In this document: one piece after another, positions 9,941 through 19,783 of the stretch | How the letters are laid out: each line of letters opens with the position of its first letter | Position numbering within the stretch: position 1 is the stretch's first letter | From: a virus | Lineage: Duplodnaviria; Caudoviricetes | IMG/VR virus record: IMGVR_UViG_3300025357_000908 | Span: 58,737 to 122,736 of that record | DNA: 64,000 bases | Direction: 5' to 3' (one strand) | Notes under the pieces: generated by a model | The model's database searches: none | What the model was told of the DNA's origin: nothing | Seen by the model: only the letters and a program-made list of their open reading frames with translations | Program-made: the position numbers and the translations under genes

Positions 9941-10519
9941 ATGACTGAACAACAGAGAAGAGAGCAAATTCTACAAGCACGTCAGCAGACCGCGCAACAA
10001 CGGTCTGCTGTACCCGCTATGTCTGATGCTGATGCTGAACAAATTGCATCACAACAACAAAGTCTTACCAAAGACCAAATGATTGCTATTGCTATGCTTG
10101 GTAAGATGGTACAAAATGATATTGGAGGTATTAAAAGGAATGCTATAGGGGATTCTTTAAAGGTTAGTGATGTTGATATGTCTAAAGTAATGCCTTCAGG
10201 TATTATGAAAGCATCAGGCATTCCTGTACAGCAAGTACAGCAACAAAGAGCACCTCAACCACCACCAGCGCTGCCATTGGCACCACCACCCTCTGATTTT
10301 CAGTTTGTAACATCTTCTGTACAACAGTTACAGTCAGTAAATCAGGTAGTTTCTGACCCTAACCAGTTAGAATTTGATTTAAATAAACAAGCTCGTTACG
10401 AAGATATTATAAATGCTATTGATAAATTAGAGAATAAGATTAACATATTGACCGATAAAATTAATACTCTAATAGACTCTAACAATAAAAAAAAACCGAA
10501 GATAGCAAATGGAACTTAA
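9941..10519 (+). CDS. Hypothetical Q/P-rich protein with C-terminal coiled coil
   Basis: 192-aa ORF containing QLEFDL and heptad-like C-terminus. Confidence 0.7.
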   Translation: MTEQQRREQILQARQQTAQQRSAVPAMSDADAEQIASQQQSLTKDQMIAIAMLGKMVQNDIGGIKRNAIGDSLKVSDVDMSKVMPSGIMKASGIPVQQVQQQRAPQPPPALPLAPPPSDFQFVTSSVQQLQSVNQVVSDPNQLEFDLNKQARYEDIINAIDKLENKINILTDKINTLIDSNNKKKPKIANGT

Positions 10520-11243
10520 ACTGGCTAAAAAAGATTTCGCTGATAATTTTTTAAATATTATTAGCAAAGCTGTAGATGTAGCTTGTATTAAGGTTAACAA
10601 AGACGGGTTATACGTCTTATGCAATAAACCTGATACAAGTATTATATTACTTGGTAAATATAATTACCCTATTGATATTGCTCAAGAACAATCACTTAAC
10701 ATTGGCGATATTAAAAAGTTATTACGCGTAATTGATTGTATAGAAGAGGAAGATTTTGCTTTTAAAATTAATAGTAATCATTTATTCCATAAATCAGATT
10801 CAATACAGTTTAAGTATCACTTTTTAGACGACACTGCTGTACCAAAAGCTTCGATTAAGAAAGAAAAAGTAGAAGCATTAGAACTTGATACGTTTTTTGA
10901 TATAGACTACCGCAAACTACAAGAAATACTCAAAGCAAGTTCATTTACTACTGATACTAATAAAATTTATCTTTACGGCCAACCTGATGGTGTATATTGT
11001 GAGTTAGGAGACAAAGAATCGGCTAATACTGATAGTGTTTCACTTAGAGTATCTGATAAGATTGAAGGTCAGCCTTTAAATCAAGTTATACCGTTTAACT
11101 TAGACATTTTTAGAGTACTCACCGGAGTAAAGTTTGAAACTGCAAGAGTGGGTATTAATCTTAAACTTAAAATAATGTCATTTTACGTAAAACCTACCCC
11201 TGAAACTGAATTTAAATTTATTATTTCCGGATTAGTTAAATAA
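10509..11243 (+). CDS. gp45: DNA polymerase sliding clamp (gp45-like)
   Basis: 244 aa, PCNA/gp45-like pattern (NIGDIKKLL, FKYHFLDD), replication context. Confidence 0.75.
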   Translation: MELKLAKKDFADNFLNIISKAVDVACIKVNKDGLYVLCNKPDTSIILLGKYNYPIDIAQEQSLNIGDIKKLLRVIDCIEEEDFAFKINSNHLFHKSDSIQFKYHFLDDTAVPKASIKKEKVEALELDTFFDIDYRKLQEILKASSFTTDTNKIYLYGQPDGVYCELGDKESANTDSVSLRVSDKIEGQPLNQVIPFNLDIFRVLTGVKFETARVGINLKLKIMSFYVKPTPETEFKFIISGLVK

Positions 11244-11569
11244 TGGCTAACAAGATAACAACTCAAAGTTATTTCATCAAAAGACTCAAAGATTCGGGTT
11301 ATATGGTCTATAAGATGTTTGATGGTTACGGTGAAGCAGACCCTCGTAACTGGACAGTTATGATTGATCCAGGTAATGCTTCGGTATTCTGCACGTGCTA
11401 TGTTAACCACCATGGTATGTTTGGTGAAACATTTTTTGAATTTTATGATGGCGGTCAATTTATTCCTGAGAGGTTTAAGTTGAAAACCGACTCAATTGAA
11501 GTTATAATAAGTTATTTAGTAAAATACGGCATAAACAATAAATCAGAATTATACAATAACAAGCATTGA
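11243..11569 (+). CDS. Hypothetical protein
   Basis: 108-aa ORF with TAATG coupling to the clamp gene. Confidence 0.7.
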   Translation: MANKITTQSYFIKRLKDSGYMVYKMFDGYGEADPRNWTVMIDPGNASVFCTCYVNHHGMFGETFFEFYDGGQFIPERFKLKTDSIEVIISYLVKYGINNKSELYNNKH

Positions 11570-11576
11570 TTAATTT

Positions 11577-12170
11577 ATGATTAATAATTTATTTCCTACA
11601 CCTATATACGTTACAGATCTACCATCCAATGTAATAGAAAACGTACAGAGCGAGTTCGATACGGTATATAACGAGTACAAATTAAAAAACGAATTCGGAA
11701 AACAAGAAGGCTGGAAAGGCACTCATCTATTAAGCGACCCAACGTTTAAGAGTAGTTTCATAAAAGAATATAATTTATTATATTTTCAAAACGTGTTAAA
11801 AGATCATGTAACTGTTTATCTTAAGAGTATCAAATACGGTGGTAAGATAGACTATGATATACCTGGATCCTGGATGACATTATCCCGGAAAAATGAATAT
11901 GCATATACCCACACGCATGGTTCGTATGATATATCGGGAGTGTATTATTACAAAACTAATAGTTCAGACGGTGATATATATTTTAGAACCCCTAACCCCT
12001 TACCGTATGCGACATATTGTTATAGCGGGTTAACTACTGATGTATACTACAAGCCAGTAGTTGGCAGGTTAATATTGTTCCCGTCATGGCTTAATCATGG
12101 CACTATACCTAACACTACCGATAATGAAAGGGTAAGTGTATCCTTTAATTTAAGATTTACTAAAAAATAA
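11577..12170 (+). CDS. 2OG-Fe(II) oxygenase-like protein (TIGR02466 type)
   Basis: LFPTPI, SW, HTH...ISGVYY, LILFPSWLNH, RVSVSFN. Confidence 0.85.
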   Translation: MINNLFPTPIYVTDLPSNVIENVQSEFDTVYNEYKLKNEFGKQEGWKGTHLLSDPTFKSSFIKEYNLLYFQNVLKDHVTVYLKSIKYGGKIDYDIPGSWMTLSRKNEYAYTHTHGSYDISGVYYYKTNSSDGDIYFRTPNPLPYATYCYSGLTTDVYYKPVVGRLILFPSWLNHGTIPNTTDNERVSVSFNLRFTKK

Positions 12171-12173
12171 AAT

Positions 12174-12896
12174 ATGAAAAACACACAAACAACAGGTGAT
12201 AATTTTCAAAATTATAATATTATAAACGATATGAGCACACAACCGAATAATAACCTTGAGCACCCAACACTTCCTACAGCTAATAGTAGTATGATTACTA
12301 CAGAAGAAGACAGGAAAGCAATTATTGAAAAAGCTGCAGAAGCGTATTCATCTTTTCTTGATGCACTACGTATTGATTGGCGTAATGACGTCAATAGTGC
12401 TGATACACCCCGTCGTGTAGCTAAGGCTTATGTATGTGACCTTATCAAAGGTTGCTATGAAGGCCCGCCTAAGATTACTACATTCCCTTCAGACGGTTAT
12501 GATGGTATTGTTAGTCAGATGAATATACCTGTAGTGTCTATGTGTTCCCATCACCATTTATCTTTTACTGGTGTTGCACACGTAGCCTATATTCCAGATA
12601 AGAACGGTCAAGTTATTGGCTTGTCTAAGCTCAATCGTATTGTAGAGCATTATGCCCGCCGCCCTCAAATCCAAGAAGGCCTAACAGTTCAAATACATCA
12701 AGCAATCGATCAACTCTGTGTTGGTAATCAAGGTGTTGCAGTTATTCTTAAATGTTCTCATACCTGTGCTTGTCATCGTGGTGTAAAGCATCATGGCTGT
12801 GCAATGATTACTTCTAAGTTATCTGGGGATTTTATGAATGAACCACAAACTCGTAAAGAATTTTACGATTTCGTTGCATCTGCTGAACGCGAATAA
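12174..12896 (+). CDS. folE: GTP cyclohydrolase I
   Basis: TPRRVAK, SMCSHHHL, GLSKLNRIV, RRPQIQE, HTCACHRG; true start may be the Met at 12231. Confidence 0.95.
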   Translation: MKNTQTTGDNFQNYNIINDMSTQPNNNLEHPTLPTANSSMITTEEDRKAIIEKAAEAYSSFLDALRIDWRNDVNSADTPRRVAKAYVCDLIKGCYEGPPKITTFPSDGYDGIVSQMNIPVVSMCSHHHLSFTGVAHVAYIPDKNGQVIGLSKLNRIVEHYARRPQIQEGLTVQIHQAIDQLCVGNQGVAVILKCSHTCACHRGVKHHGCAMITSKLSGDFMNEPQTRKEFYDFVASAERE

Positions 12897-12905
12897 TAAA
12901 TAAAT

Positions 12906-13316
12906 ATGGTGAGCAAAGAACAGAAAAACTCTAAACCTTCTAAGAAGAGCTCTTCTAAAAAGAAAGCACAAACAGTAGATGTTCCTTCTTTGCCCGCCGT
13001 ATTATCTGAAGATCAAAAAAGAATTAAAGACTTAATTTTACATGCTCAAGTAGAGTTTGCTAAAATTAAAAACAATATTGTAAAAGATAAGCAAAATGAA
13101 ATTGCTGCACTTGAAAGTCAAATAAAGGAATTCATGGGGCCTTTCTTGCTAATTGGATATGATATTAATAATAACCCTGTTGAGATGGTATCTGCTAACT
13201 CAACAGCGGAGCATGACGCTTTACTGGAACGGTTCAGAAGAGTTATGTATAAGATAAATCAAAATATCGCTAATTCTGGTGGGGAAGACCCGTATGGTCA
13301 CCAAAATACTGACTAA
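12906..13316 (+). CDS. Hypothetical protein
   Basis: 136-aa ORF with basic N-terminus. Confidence 0.65.
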   Translation: MVSKEQKNSKPSKKSSSKKKAQTVDVPSLPAVLSEDQKRIKDLILHAQVEFAKIKNNIVKDKQNEIAALESQIKEFMGPFLLIGYDINNNPVEMVSANSTAEHDALLERFRRVMYKINQNIANSGGEDPYGHQNTD

Positions 13317-13611
13317 GCTTAAGCTTTACTTTCTACCCAAAAATCGCCGTATTTATGTTGTTCTTGAAGGGCAATATAAAGGAGAGTGGTTGGTAAAAGT
13401 AAGAGAAGATAAAAACAATATTATGTTTTTTTCATTACCTGATAAACATATTCGTACTATACCTTTAGATGATTATAATTGGGGTATACAAAATAAAGTT
13501 TTGGAACCAGTAGATGTTTTACCTGAAAAGGTATATAATGTCTGTTTAGCAGAATACAACCTTAAGGCTACAGATGTCCAAAAAAATAACGCTTTTAATA
13601 GACGGAAATAA
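13279..13611 (+). CDS. Hypothetical protein
   Basis: ORF within the operon. Confidence 0.6.
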   Translation: MGKTRMVTKILTKLKLYFLPKNRRIYVVLEGQYKGEWLVKVREDKNNIMFFSLPDKHIRTIPLDDYNWGIQNKVLEPVDVLPEKVYNVCLAEYNLKATDVQKNNAFNRRK

Positions 13612-14497
13612 CACCCTTCATCGTACCCACTGGGTAGCTAACATAGGGGGTCGTCAATTAATTAATTCAAAAGGTATTAATACGGGCAGCACATTTACCT
13701 TTCTTAAGACTATAAAGTCGTACGTGGATCAATTTAATGCTGATGAAGTTTATATTGCGTGGGATAAAAAACTAACAACAGGTGCGGTTAATTTTCGCAA
13801 CACTCTAACTGAAGGTACATATAAAGCGGGTAGGAATCAAGAACGCAATAAAGCAGTTTATGATGGGGCAAACGAAATAATTGAAATCACTAAAACTCTT
13901 GGTATTAAAAACATATTCCCAGGAGAATTAGAAGCAGATGATGTTATTAGCTGGTTTAGTGAAAAGATTCAAGGTAAGAAGATTATTGTTAGTGTTGATA
14001 ATGATTTTGCACAATTAGTTAACGAGAGTATATCCCTTTATAACCCAATCAAAAAGGTTCTTATAGATATTAGTAATTTCGAAGAACACTATGGATTAAC
14101 ACCAGAAGAATACCTCTATTATAAGTGTATAGTTGGAGATAAGTCCGACAACATACAAGGTATTGAAGGTATTGGTAAAATAAGAGGACAAAAACTTGCT
14201 AAAGCTTTTGTTGCTAAAGATGTTAAAGCCCGGGAACAATGCAACGCGCAGGTTTCATTAAATATGCCGCTTGTGTGCCTGACTTATGGCTTTGCAACGC
14301 ATCCAAATGAGATAAAAATATATGAAGAACAGCTTTATAACACAAAAGATGTTAAAGCTAATTTTACACGGTTTATTGAATACTGCACTGAACTTGAATT
14401 CAATTCTATCATTGATAAAATGAGTAATTGGCAAGCTTCTTTTAACAAAACATCGAATAATGATGTTTTAGCCGGGTATTTTAAAACATTTGAGTAA
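13574..14497 (+). CDS. rnh: 5'-3' exonuclease / T4 RNase H-like flap nuclease
   Basis: LIDGNN, YKAGR, EADDVI, SVDNDFAQL, GDKSDNIQGIEGIG. Confidence 0.92.
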   Translation: MSKKITLLIDGNNTLHRTHWVANIGGRQLINSKGINTGSTFTFLKTIKSYVDQFNADEVYIAWDKKLTTGAVNFRNTLTEGTYKAGRNQERNKAVYDGANEIIEITKTLGIKNIFPGELEADDVISWFSEKIQGKKIIVSVDNDFAQLVNESISLYNPIKKVLIDISNFEEHYGLTPEEYLYYKCIVGDKSDNIQGIEGIGKIRGQKLAKAFVAKDVKAREQCNAQVSLNMPLVCLTYGFATHPNEIKIYEEQLYNTKDVKANFTRFIEYCTELEFNSIIDKMSNWQASFNKTSNNDVLAGYFKTFE

Positions 14498-14501
14498 ATA
14501 A

Positions 14502-14702
14502 TTGATTATGTTACCAAATACAGTAGAACCACGTCCATCTTCTTGTAGTACATGTGGTCAACCAGCAGTACATCCACGTATTTCACAGGTTAAACGTGGT
14601 AAAGACATTGTAACTGAAGCACATTGGATTTGTCCAAGATGTAACAGTAGATTCATGTCCGGAACAGTAAGTATAGTCAACGGTGAAACCAAGAAAAACT
14701 AA
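14502..14702 (+). CDS. Small zinc-ribbon protein
   Basis: CSTC...CPRC. Confidence 0.65.
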   Translation: MIMLPNTVEPRPSSCSTCGQPAVHPRISQVKRGKDIVTEAHWICPRCNSRFMSGTVSIVNGETKKN

Positions 14703-15078
14703 GAAAATCCTCGACGAAGCGTCTTTTTACACTGGCAGCTACTCCGGTCAACAAGCACCAGAGACAACATCTGCATATGAATTTAGTAAAGACAGTGTTC
14801 CTACACTAAACAAGATTGAGGAACTTAGAAATAAGGGAAATAGTATGGGTGTTCCTGAAGAGCTACCTTTTCCTTTTCAAAACTCCGTTAAAGATCTTGC
14901 TGATTTATATTTAAAAGCTCAAGATCTAAGAAACAAAGCCCGGGATGCTGCTAAACTACCGTTTTTTAAAGGCAGAGAAGCAAAACTCGAAGAATTTCGC
15001 GGTAAATTAAACGGTATAATGGTTGAGTGTAAAAAATTAGCAGCTGATTTACACAATTTTTCTCTTGCACCTAAGTGA
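14683..15078 (+). CDS. Hypothetical protein
   Basis: 131-aa ORF. Confidence 0.6.
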   Translation: MKPRKTKKILDEASFYTGSYSGQQAPETTSAYEFSKDSVPTLNKIEELRNKGNSMGVPEELPFPFQNSVKDLADLYLKAQDLRNKARDAAKLPFFKGREAKLEEFRGKLNGIMVECKKLAADLHNFSLAPK

Positions 15079-15103
15079 ATAAGTTCCTCTAATAGGGGAT
15101 CTT

Positions 15104-15529
15104 ATGAGAGACAAATTAATACTATTAGTTAAATCTTTAGCCGTAACAGCGGCAATATCTGCCTTGATAGGTGGAACTGTTGTATACTTCGGTCACCCGT
15201 TTTGGTTGTGGTTTGTAGTATCATTTATTGCTCAGTTTTTAGTGTCTTATATTTCAAATATGTTTTTAGAGTATAAGGCGTTAAGAGAAGCACGGGCAAT
15301 TAAATTAAAAGAGGCTGAAATCGCAGAACAAAACACAATACGTGTTGCGTGTGCTTCCTGCAAAAAGGAAAGCGATGTAATCGTGCGTACAAATCAAGAA
15401 AATAGGTTTACTTGTGGTTTTTGTAATACAAAAAATTCTGTTTATTTAGTTGCAGAAACAGCTGTAGTAACTGATCCTATTTACGACGCACCTTCACTTA
15501 AAAATATTTCATTAAATGGAAACGATTAA
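15104..15529 (+). CDS. Membrane protein with zinc ribbon
   Basis: Two N-terminal hydrophobic helices; CASC...CGFC. Confidence 0.65.
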   Translation: MRDKLILLVKSLAVTAAISALIGGTVVYFGHPFWLWFVVSFIAQFLVSYISNMFLEYKALREARAIKLKEAEIAEQNTIRVACASCKKESDVIVRTNQENRFTCGFCNTKNSVYLVAETAVVTDPIYDAPSLKNISLNGND

Positions 15530-15815
15530 TACAATTACAAATAATAAATTATCACTTTACGAGTTTGCTCGATGGGCAGCTTTATTAGAAGCTGTAAACA
15601 TTATAGCAGATAAATGCGAAGATAGAGGTATAGACTTTGATAGCCCGGGAGGTATAAAGTATATTAAACCTCTTGATATTCAAGATTATGTTAATATTCG
15701 TACTGATGCTTTAATGATAAAAATTAAAACCGCTCGAGAGATCGAAAAAAACTTAAATAACATCAAATGCCTACAAATCGAAAAACAGCTAAAACGCTTG
15801 GAAGTAGTAGAATAA
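15516..15815 (+). CDS. Hypothetical protein
   Basis: 99-aa ORF. Confidence 0.6.
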   Translation: METINTITNNKLSLYEFARWAALLEAVNIIADKCEDRGIDFDSPGGIKYIKPLDIQDYVNIRTDALMIKIKTAREIEKNLNNIKCLQIEKQLKRLEVVE

Positions 15816-16330
15816 TTCGTTTATTTGGAGAAATCAATGAAGAGCTGGCTAATAAAGTCATTGACCAGCTTATAAAATTTGATAAAAAAGGTAGAAACGA
15901 TATACTACTAATTATTGATTCTCCAGGCGGGGATTTAGATGCAACCATCTCAATGTATCAAGTCACGCAGCTATTAAGATGTAATGTTGCTACATTAGCA
16001 TTATCTAATGCCGCTTCTGCAGCAGGTGTACTTTTAGCGTGTGGTGCAAGTGGTAAGCGTATGGTAATGGAGCAAAGCATTGTAATGCTTCATGATATCA
16101 GTCAAGAAATGTCAGAAGATTACCATCGGTGCTTAGAAAGCGAGTTATTAAGTTTAAGAATTTCCAAAAAAATTCTAAATGATATACTTTCAAAACAAAA
16201 TGTGAAGGATCCTGATACCTTTTTAAAGGCTGAAGCGACGTACGTGTGTGGTGAAGAAGCTATTAAATGTGGTTTAGCAGACCACGTTGTAAAAAACTTT
16301 GATGACGTACTTAAAATAGTTAAAATATAA
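15767..16330 (+). CDS. clpP: ClpP-like protease subunit
   Basis: RIIRLFGEI, IDSPGG, AASAA (Ser), MLHD (His), EEAIKCGLAD. Confidence 0.88.
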   Translation: MPTNRKTAKTLGSSRIIRLFGEINEELANKVIDQLIKFDKKGRNDILLIIDSPGGDLDATISMYQVTQLLRCNVATLALSNAASAAGVLLACGASGKRMVMEQSIVMLHDISQEMSEDYHRCLESELLSLRISKKILNDILSKQNVKDPDTFLKAEATYVCGEEAIKCGLADHVVKNFDDVLKIVKI

Positions 16331-16334
16331 TATT

Positions 16335-16586
16335 ATGCCTCAAGAATATATAGTAGTGGATGCATCAATAAAATACATGAATGCGCGTAACCCGCTGGAA
16401 GAAGGACTTTTTTACTGTAATGAATCCCACTGGTCTCGAAAACTTGATTTGGCAATAAAATATTCTGATGCAAATAGTGCAATACAAATTGCCAAAAAAA
16501 TAACTGAAGAAGAAAAATTGCCAAAAAAAGTCTTAATAATTGAGCGTAACGGTAATAACATAGGTGTTGGAGAAATTAAGTTTTAA
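16335..16586 (+). CDS. Hypothetical protein
   Basis: 83-aa ORF. Confidence 0.6.
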   Translation: MPQEYIVVDASIKYMNARNPLEEGLFYCNESHWSRKLDLAIKYSDANSAIQIAKKITEEEKLPKKVLIIERNGNNIGVGEIKF

Positions 16587-16627
16587 GAGTTGATTACTTG
16601 TATATGTAATCATAAATATTTTTAACT

Positions 16628-16951
16628 ATGCTTATTAAATTAACCAACGCACTACCACAGTATAAAGGACTAACTGTATTATTAAATGCAAACATTATAC
16701 AGTCTGCAATGCAAAACACTGTAACAAGAGATGACGGCACTCTTGAAACGGTCACAACCGTACACTGCCCACCACACGGTACATGGGAAATTACTGAGAC
16801 ACCTGAAGAAATTTACGATCAGGCTAAATCGCTTAAGTTAGATACTAACACATCAGCTAATTTAGCACAACTTCTCAGTGAAAATCAATCCGGCGCTGGT
16901 GCACCTAAAAAGAATCGCAAAAACAAAGATCAAGATCAAGAACAGGCATAA
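16628..16951 (+). CDS. FlbD/SwrD-like small protein
   Basis: MLIKLT...LLNANII...T.V......W.ITETPEEI resembles the FlbD pattern. Confidence 0.45.
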   Translation: MLIKLTNALPQYKGLTVLLNANIIQSAMQNTVTRDDGTLETVTTVHCPPHGTWEITETPEEIYDQAKSLKLDTNTSANLAQLLSENQSGAGAPKKNRKNKDQDQEQA

Positions 16952-16976
16952 AGCATAATATTGCCTTTAAAAACTT

Positions 16977-17007
16977 ACCCATCAATTTAAATATTGATGG
17001 GTTTTTT
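16977..17007. terminator. Terminator between convergent genes
   Basis: ACCCATCAAT-TTAAAT-ATTGATGGGT followed by a T-run. Confidence 0.8.
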
Positions 17008-17602
17008 ATGTCATACGGAAATTCATAGCAATACTAATTCTATTTTCATTGCTTTTATTTTTTTCTACCATGTGAGCAAGATTTGATCTAAAAACTATTA
17101 CGTCCCCTTCTTGAGGTTGTATGTGGTATGTTTTGAAGTTAGGCATGACGAACTGCTCGGGTGGTGGTAGTGGGAACATATCTTTATCTGCTTCGTGACT
17201 TCTAAAAATAATTTTACCACAGTTTATAGGTATTTTAACATAGTACACTAAACTGAAATGATTAAGTGTATGTACATGGTATTCTTGAAAGTTACCAGGC
17301 TCTGCAATATTTATCCATGCCTCGCTACAAGCCGGTACCCTATTGTTTATACCATACTCTTTAGCAAATTCTTTTACCTCTATTTTACAATCATTAATTA
17401 AATTGTTAAAAAGCGGGTCATTGATTAAATTATACGAAGATAGTGTATTGTACGTGTCTCCAATCCAATCAGAATTTAATTTATTGTTTTTCTTTAACTC
17501 GTATGCTTTAGCAATATAACGCTCGTTATTGTCTTTATGTTCTAACAAGTTTTTCTTGTAAACAAGTTCCGCAAACATTATACCAGTATTAGAGTTGCTC
17601 AT
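17006..17602 (-). CDS. 2OG-Fe(II) oxygenase-like protein (TIGR02466 type)
   Basis: AWIN, HVH...FSLVYY, VFRSNLAH, RISIAMN. Confidence 0.85.
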   Translation of the reverse strand: MSNSNTGIMFAELVYKKNLLEHKDNNERYIAKAYELKKNNKLNSDWIGDTYNTLSSYNLINDPLFNNLINDCKIEVKEFAKEYGINNRVPACSEAWINIAEPGNFQEYHVHTLNHFSLVYYVKIPINCGKIIFRSHEADKDMFPLPPPEQFVMPNFKTYHIQPQEGDVIVFRSNLAHMVEKNKSNENRISIAMNFRMT

Positions 17603-17624
17603 CTATTAATAATACATACAATAT

Positions 17625-17846
17625 GTGCTAAATCTACACAATAAAATAAATATTATAATGGTTTTAATACGTAGAGCATCTAAAAACGGTAAAGATTACA
17701 CTGTTATTATGTTAAAAGGGGAAGAACCTAAATGGATACCCACTACTAATTACGAACACAATCGGATATTAGAGATATATAAACAAGATAAACCATACGA
17801 AGGTATTGAGAACGATTTTGTGGATTTTAAAGATTTGTACCGTTAA
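17625..17846 (+). CDS. Hypothetical protein
   Basis: Short ORF; probable start at 17658. Confidence 0.5.
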   Translation: MLNLHNKINIIMVLIRRASKNGKDYTVIMLKGEEPKWIPTTNYEHNRILEIYKQDKPYEGIENDFVDFKDLYR

Positions 17847-17855
17847 TATATAGTA

Positions 17856-18419
17856 ATGGAGCATTATCACTATAAAGTACCGGGTTGGTTTTCGTACCCG
17901 TATTTGTATTCAAATATGGTTAATTTACACGCCGACGGAGCACACTTTGTAGAGGTAGGTTCGTGGATGGGTGCTTCTGCTGCCTATATGGGTGTGGAGA
18001 TTATAAATTCTGGTAAAAAAATCGTCTTTGACTGTGTTGATGAGTGGTCTGATTATGTAGCGGATGGATTATATATGAAAGAAGTACCTAAGAATCCTGG
18101 AGATTTTGTATACAATCTTTTTAAAGAAAATACAGCACCAGTGAAAAATTATATTAACCCGGTAAGACTTACTTCAGGGGAGGCAGCAGCTACATACAAG
18201 GATAACTCTTTAGATTTTGTTTTTATAGATGCCAACCATGTTTATGAAGCAGTAATAGATGATTTGAGTGCGTGGTTTAAAAAAGTTAAAATTGGTGGTT
18301 TTATTGGTGGTCACGATTATAAAGACGAAGATGTTAAAAAAGCAGTTGACCAGTTTTTTGGAAAAGATAATTATATCTTTGATTACAAAGAAAATTGTTG
18401 GTTACATCGCAAACAATGA
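17856..18419 (+). CDS. Class I SAM-dependent methyltransferase (Methyltransf_24-like)
   Basis: VEVGSWMGAS, DFVFIDANHVYE, GGFIGGHDY. Confidence 0.88.
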   Translation: MEHYHYKVPGWFSYPYLYSNMVNLHADGAHFVEVGSWMGASAAYMGVEIINSGKKIVFDCVDEWSDYVADGLYMKEVPKNPGDFVYNLFKENTAPVKNYINPVRLTSGEAAATYKDNSLDFVFIDANHVYEAVIDDLSAWFKKVKIGGFIGGHDYKDEDVKKAVDQFFGKDNYIFDYKENCWLHRKQ

Positions 18420-18781
18420 CACGTTTAACTGGTTTAGTAAAAAAGGGTTGGGGTAGTGAATATATATGGGCTACAAGCGACAAGTATTGTGGCAAGCTTA
18501 TGAATTTTAATACCGGTGCTAAATTTAGTATGCATTTTCATTCAGTTAAAGATGAGTCTTGGTATATATTATCTGGAGAATTTATAGTAAAAACAATAGA
18601 CCCTAAGGATGCAAGTATAACAGAAACTAATCTTTTACCAGGAGATATGTGGCATAATGAACCGTTGTACCCGCATCAATTAATATGCATATCTGCTGGC
18701 TCTGTAATAGAAGTATCAACACCTGATAGTGTTGAAGACAATTATAGGGTTATACCTGGAGATAGTCAAAACACGAAGTAA
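18395..18781 (+). CDS. Cupin-domain protein (sugar isomerase-like)
   Basis: KGWGSE, SMHFH..KDESWY, PHQL, EVST. Confidence 0.8.
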   Translation: MLVTSQTMTRLTGLVKKGWGSEYIWATSDKYCGKLMNFNTGAKFSMHFHSVKDESWYILSGEFIVKTIDPKDASITETNLLPGDMWHNEPLYPHQLICISAGSVIEVSTPDSVEDNYRVIPGDSQNTK

Positions 18782-18791
18782 TTAACTAAAA

Positions 18792-19466
18792 ATGAATTAT
18801 ACTGATATTATTAAACAAGCAGTTGAAAATGCTAATGCAGGTAAGAGCAAGCTCACTCAAAGTATTTTAGACTTAGAAGGTATGTCCAGTAATAAGATAA
18901 GACACTTTCTTAATAATATTATTTCCTTACAGGAAGGTAAAGCTCGATATCTTGAAGTAGGTGTATGGAAAGGTTCAACTACTATTTCTGCTCTTTATAA
19001 GAACAATCCAGAGTATCATACTGCGATAGATAACTTTGTTCAGTTTAATGGGCCTCGTTTAGAATTTCAAAAGAATTGCAGAAAGTGGTTAGATTATGAA
19101 AATAGAGTTAATTTTGCTGATATAGGATGTTTTGATATAGATCCTGTACACGATCTTAATATTACTAATATTAATACGTATCTTTACGATGGTGAACATA
19201 GCTACGACTCTCAGTACAAAGCTATTACTCATTATGAGGGTGCTTTAGCGGATGAGTTTATTTTAATTGTAGATGATTACAATTGGGATGAAGTACAAAG
19301 AGGCACACAAGATGGTATTAGAGATATGAAATTTAACGTACATTACCAAGTACATTTACCGGCTAACCCTGTAACAGTTCCAGGTCGCTGGGGTCCAGAA
19401 ATATTTGGTGACAAGGCACTATGGTGGAATGGGTACTATGTTGCACATTGCACTAAAACAACTTAA
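18792..19466 (+). CDS. Class I SAM-dependent methyltransferase
   Basis: YLEVGVWKGST, YDGEH, IVDDYNW. Confidence 0.85.
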   Translation: MNYTDIIKQAVENANAGKSKLTQSILDLEGMSSNKIRHFLNNIISLQEGKARYLEVGVWKGSTTISALYKNNPEYHTAIDNFVQFNGPRLEFQKNCRKWLDYENRVNFADIGCFDIDPVHDLNITNINTYLYDGEHSYDSQYKAITHYEGALADEFILIVDDYNWDEVQRGTQDGIRDMKFNVHYQVHLPANPVTVPGRWGPEIFGDKALWWNGYYVAHCTKTT

Positions 19467-19467
19467 C

Positions 19468-19542
<75 letters not shown>

Positions 19543-19546
19543 TTTT

Positions 19547-19747
19547 ATGAACATACATGTTATATCACTACTAAAAGCTATTTCCTGGAGAATATCTGGC
19601 AGTATAACTACGTTTTTAGTGAGCTGGTATTTTACTAAACGAGTAAGTCTTTCCTTAGGTATAGCATCAATAGAGTTTTTTGGAAAAATCGGGCTGTATT
19701 ATATACATGAACGAATTTGGCATAAAGCACTATCTAATAAATCTTAA
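19547..19747 (+). CDS. Small membrane protein (DUF2061-like)
   Basis: SLLKAISWR...YYIHERIW pattern with two TM segments. Confidence 0.8.
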   Translation: MNIHVISLLKAISWRISGSITTFLVSWYFTKRVSLSLGIASIEFFGKIGLYYIHERIWHKALSNKS

Positions 19748-19783
19748 TAGTTTAAAAATATGTTATGTTAAATAAATTTTAAT

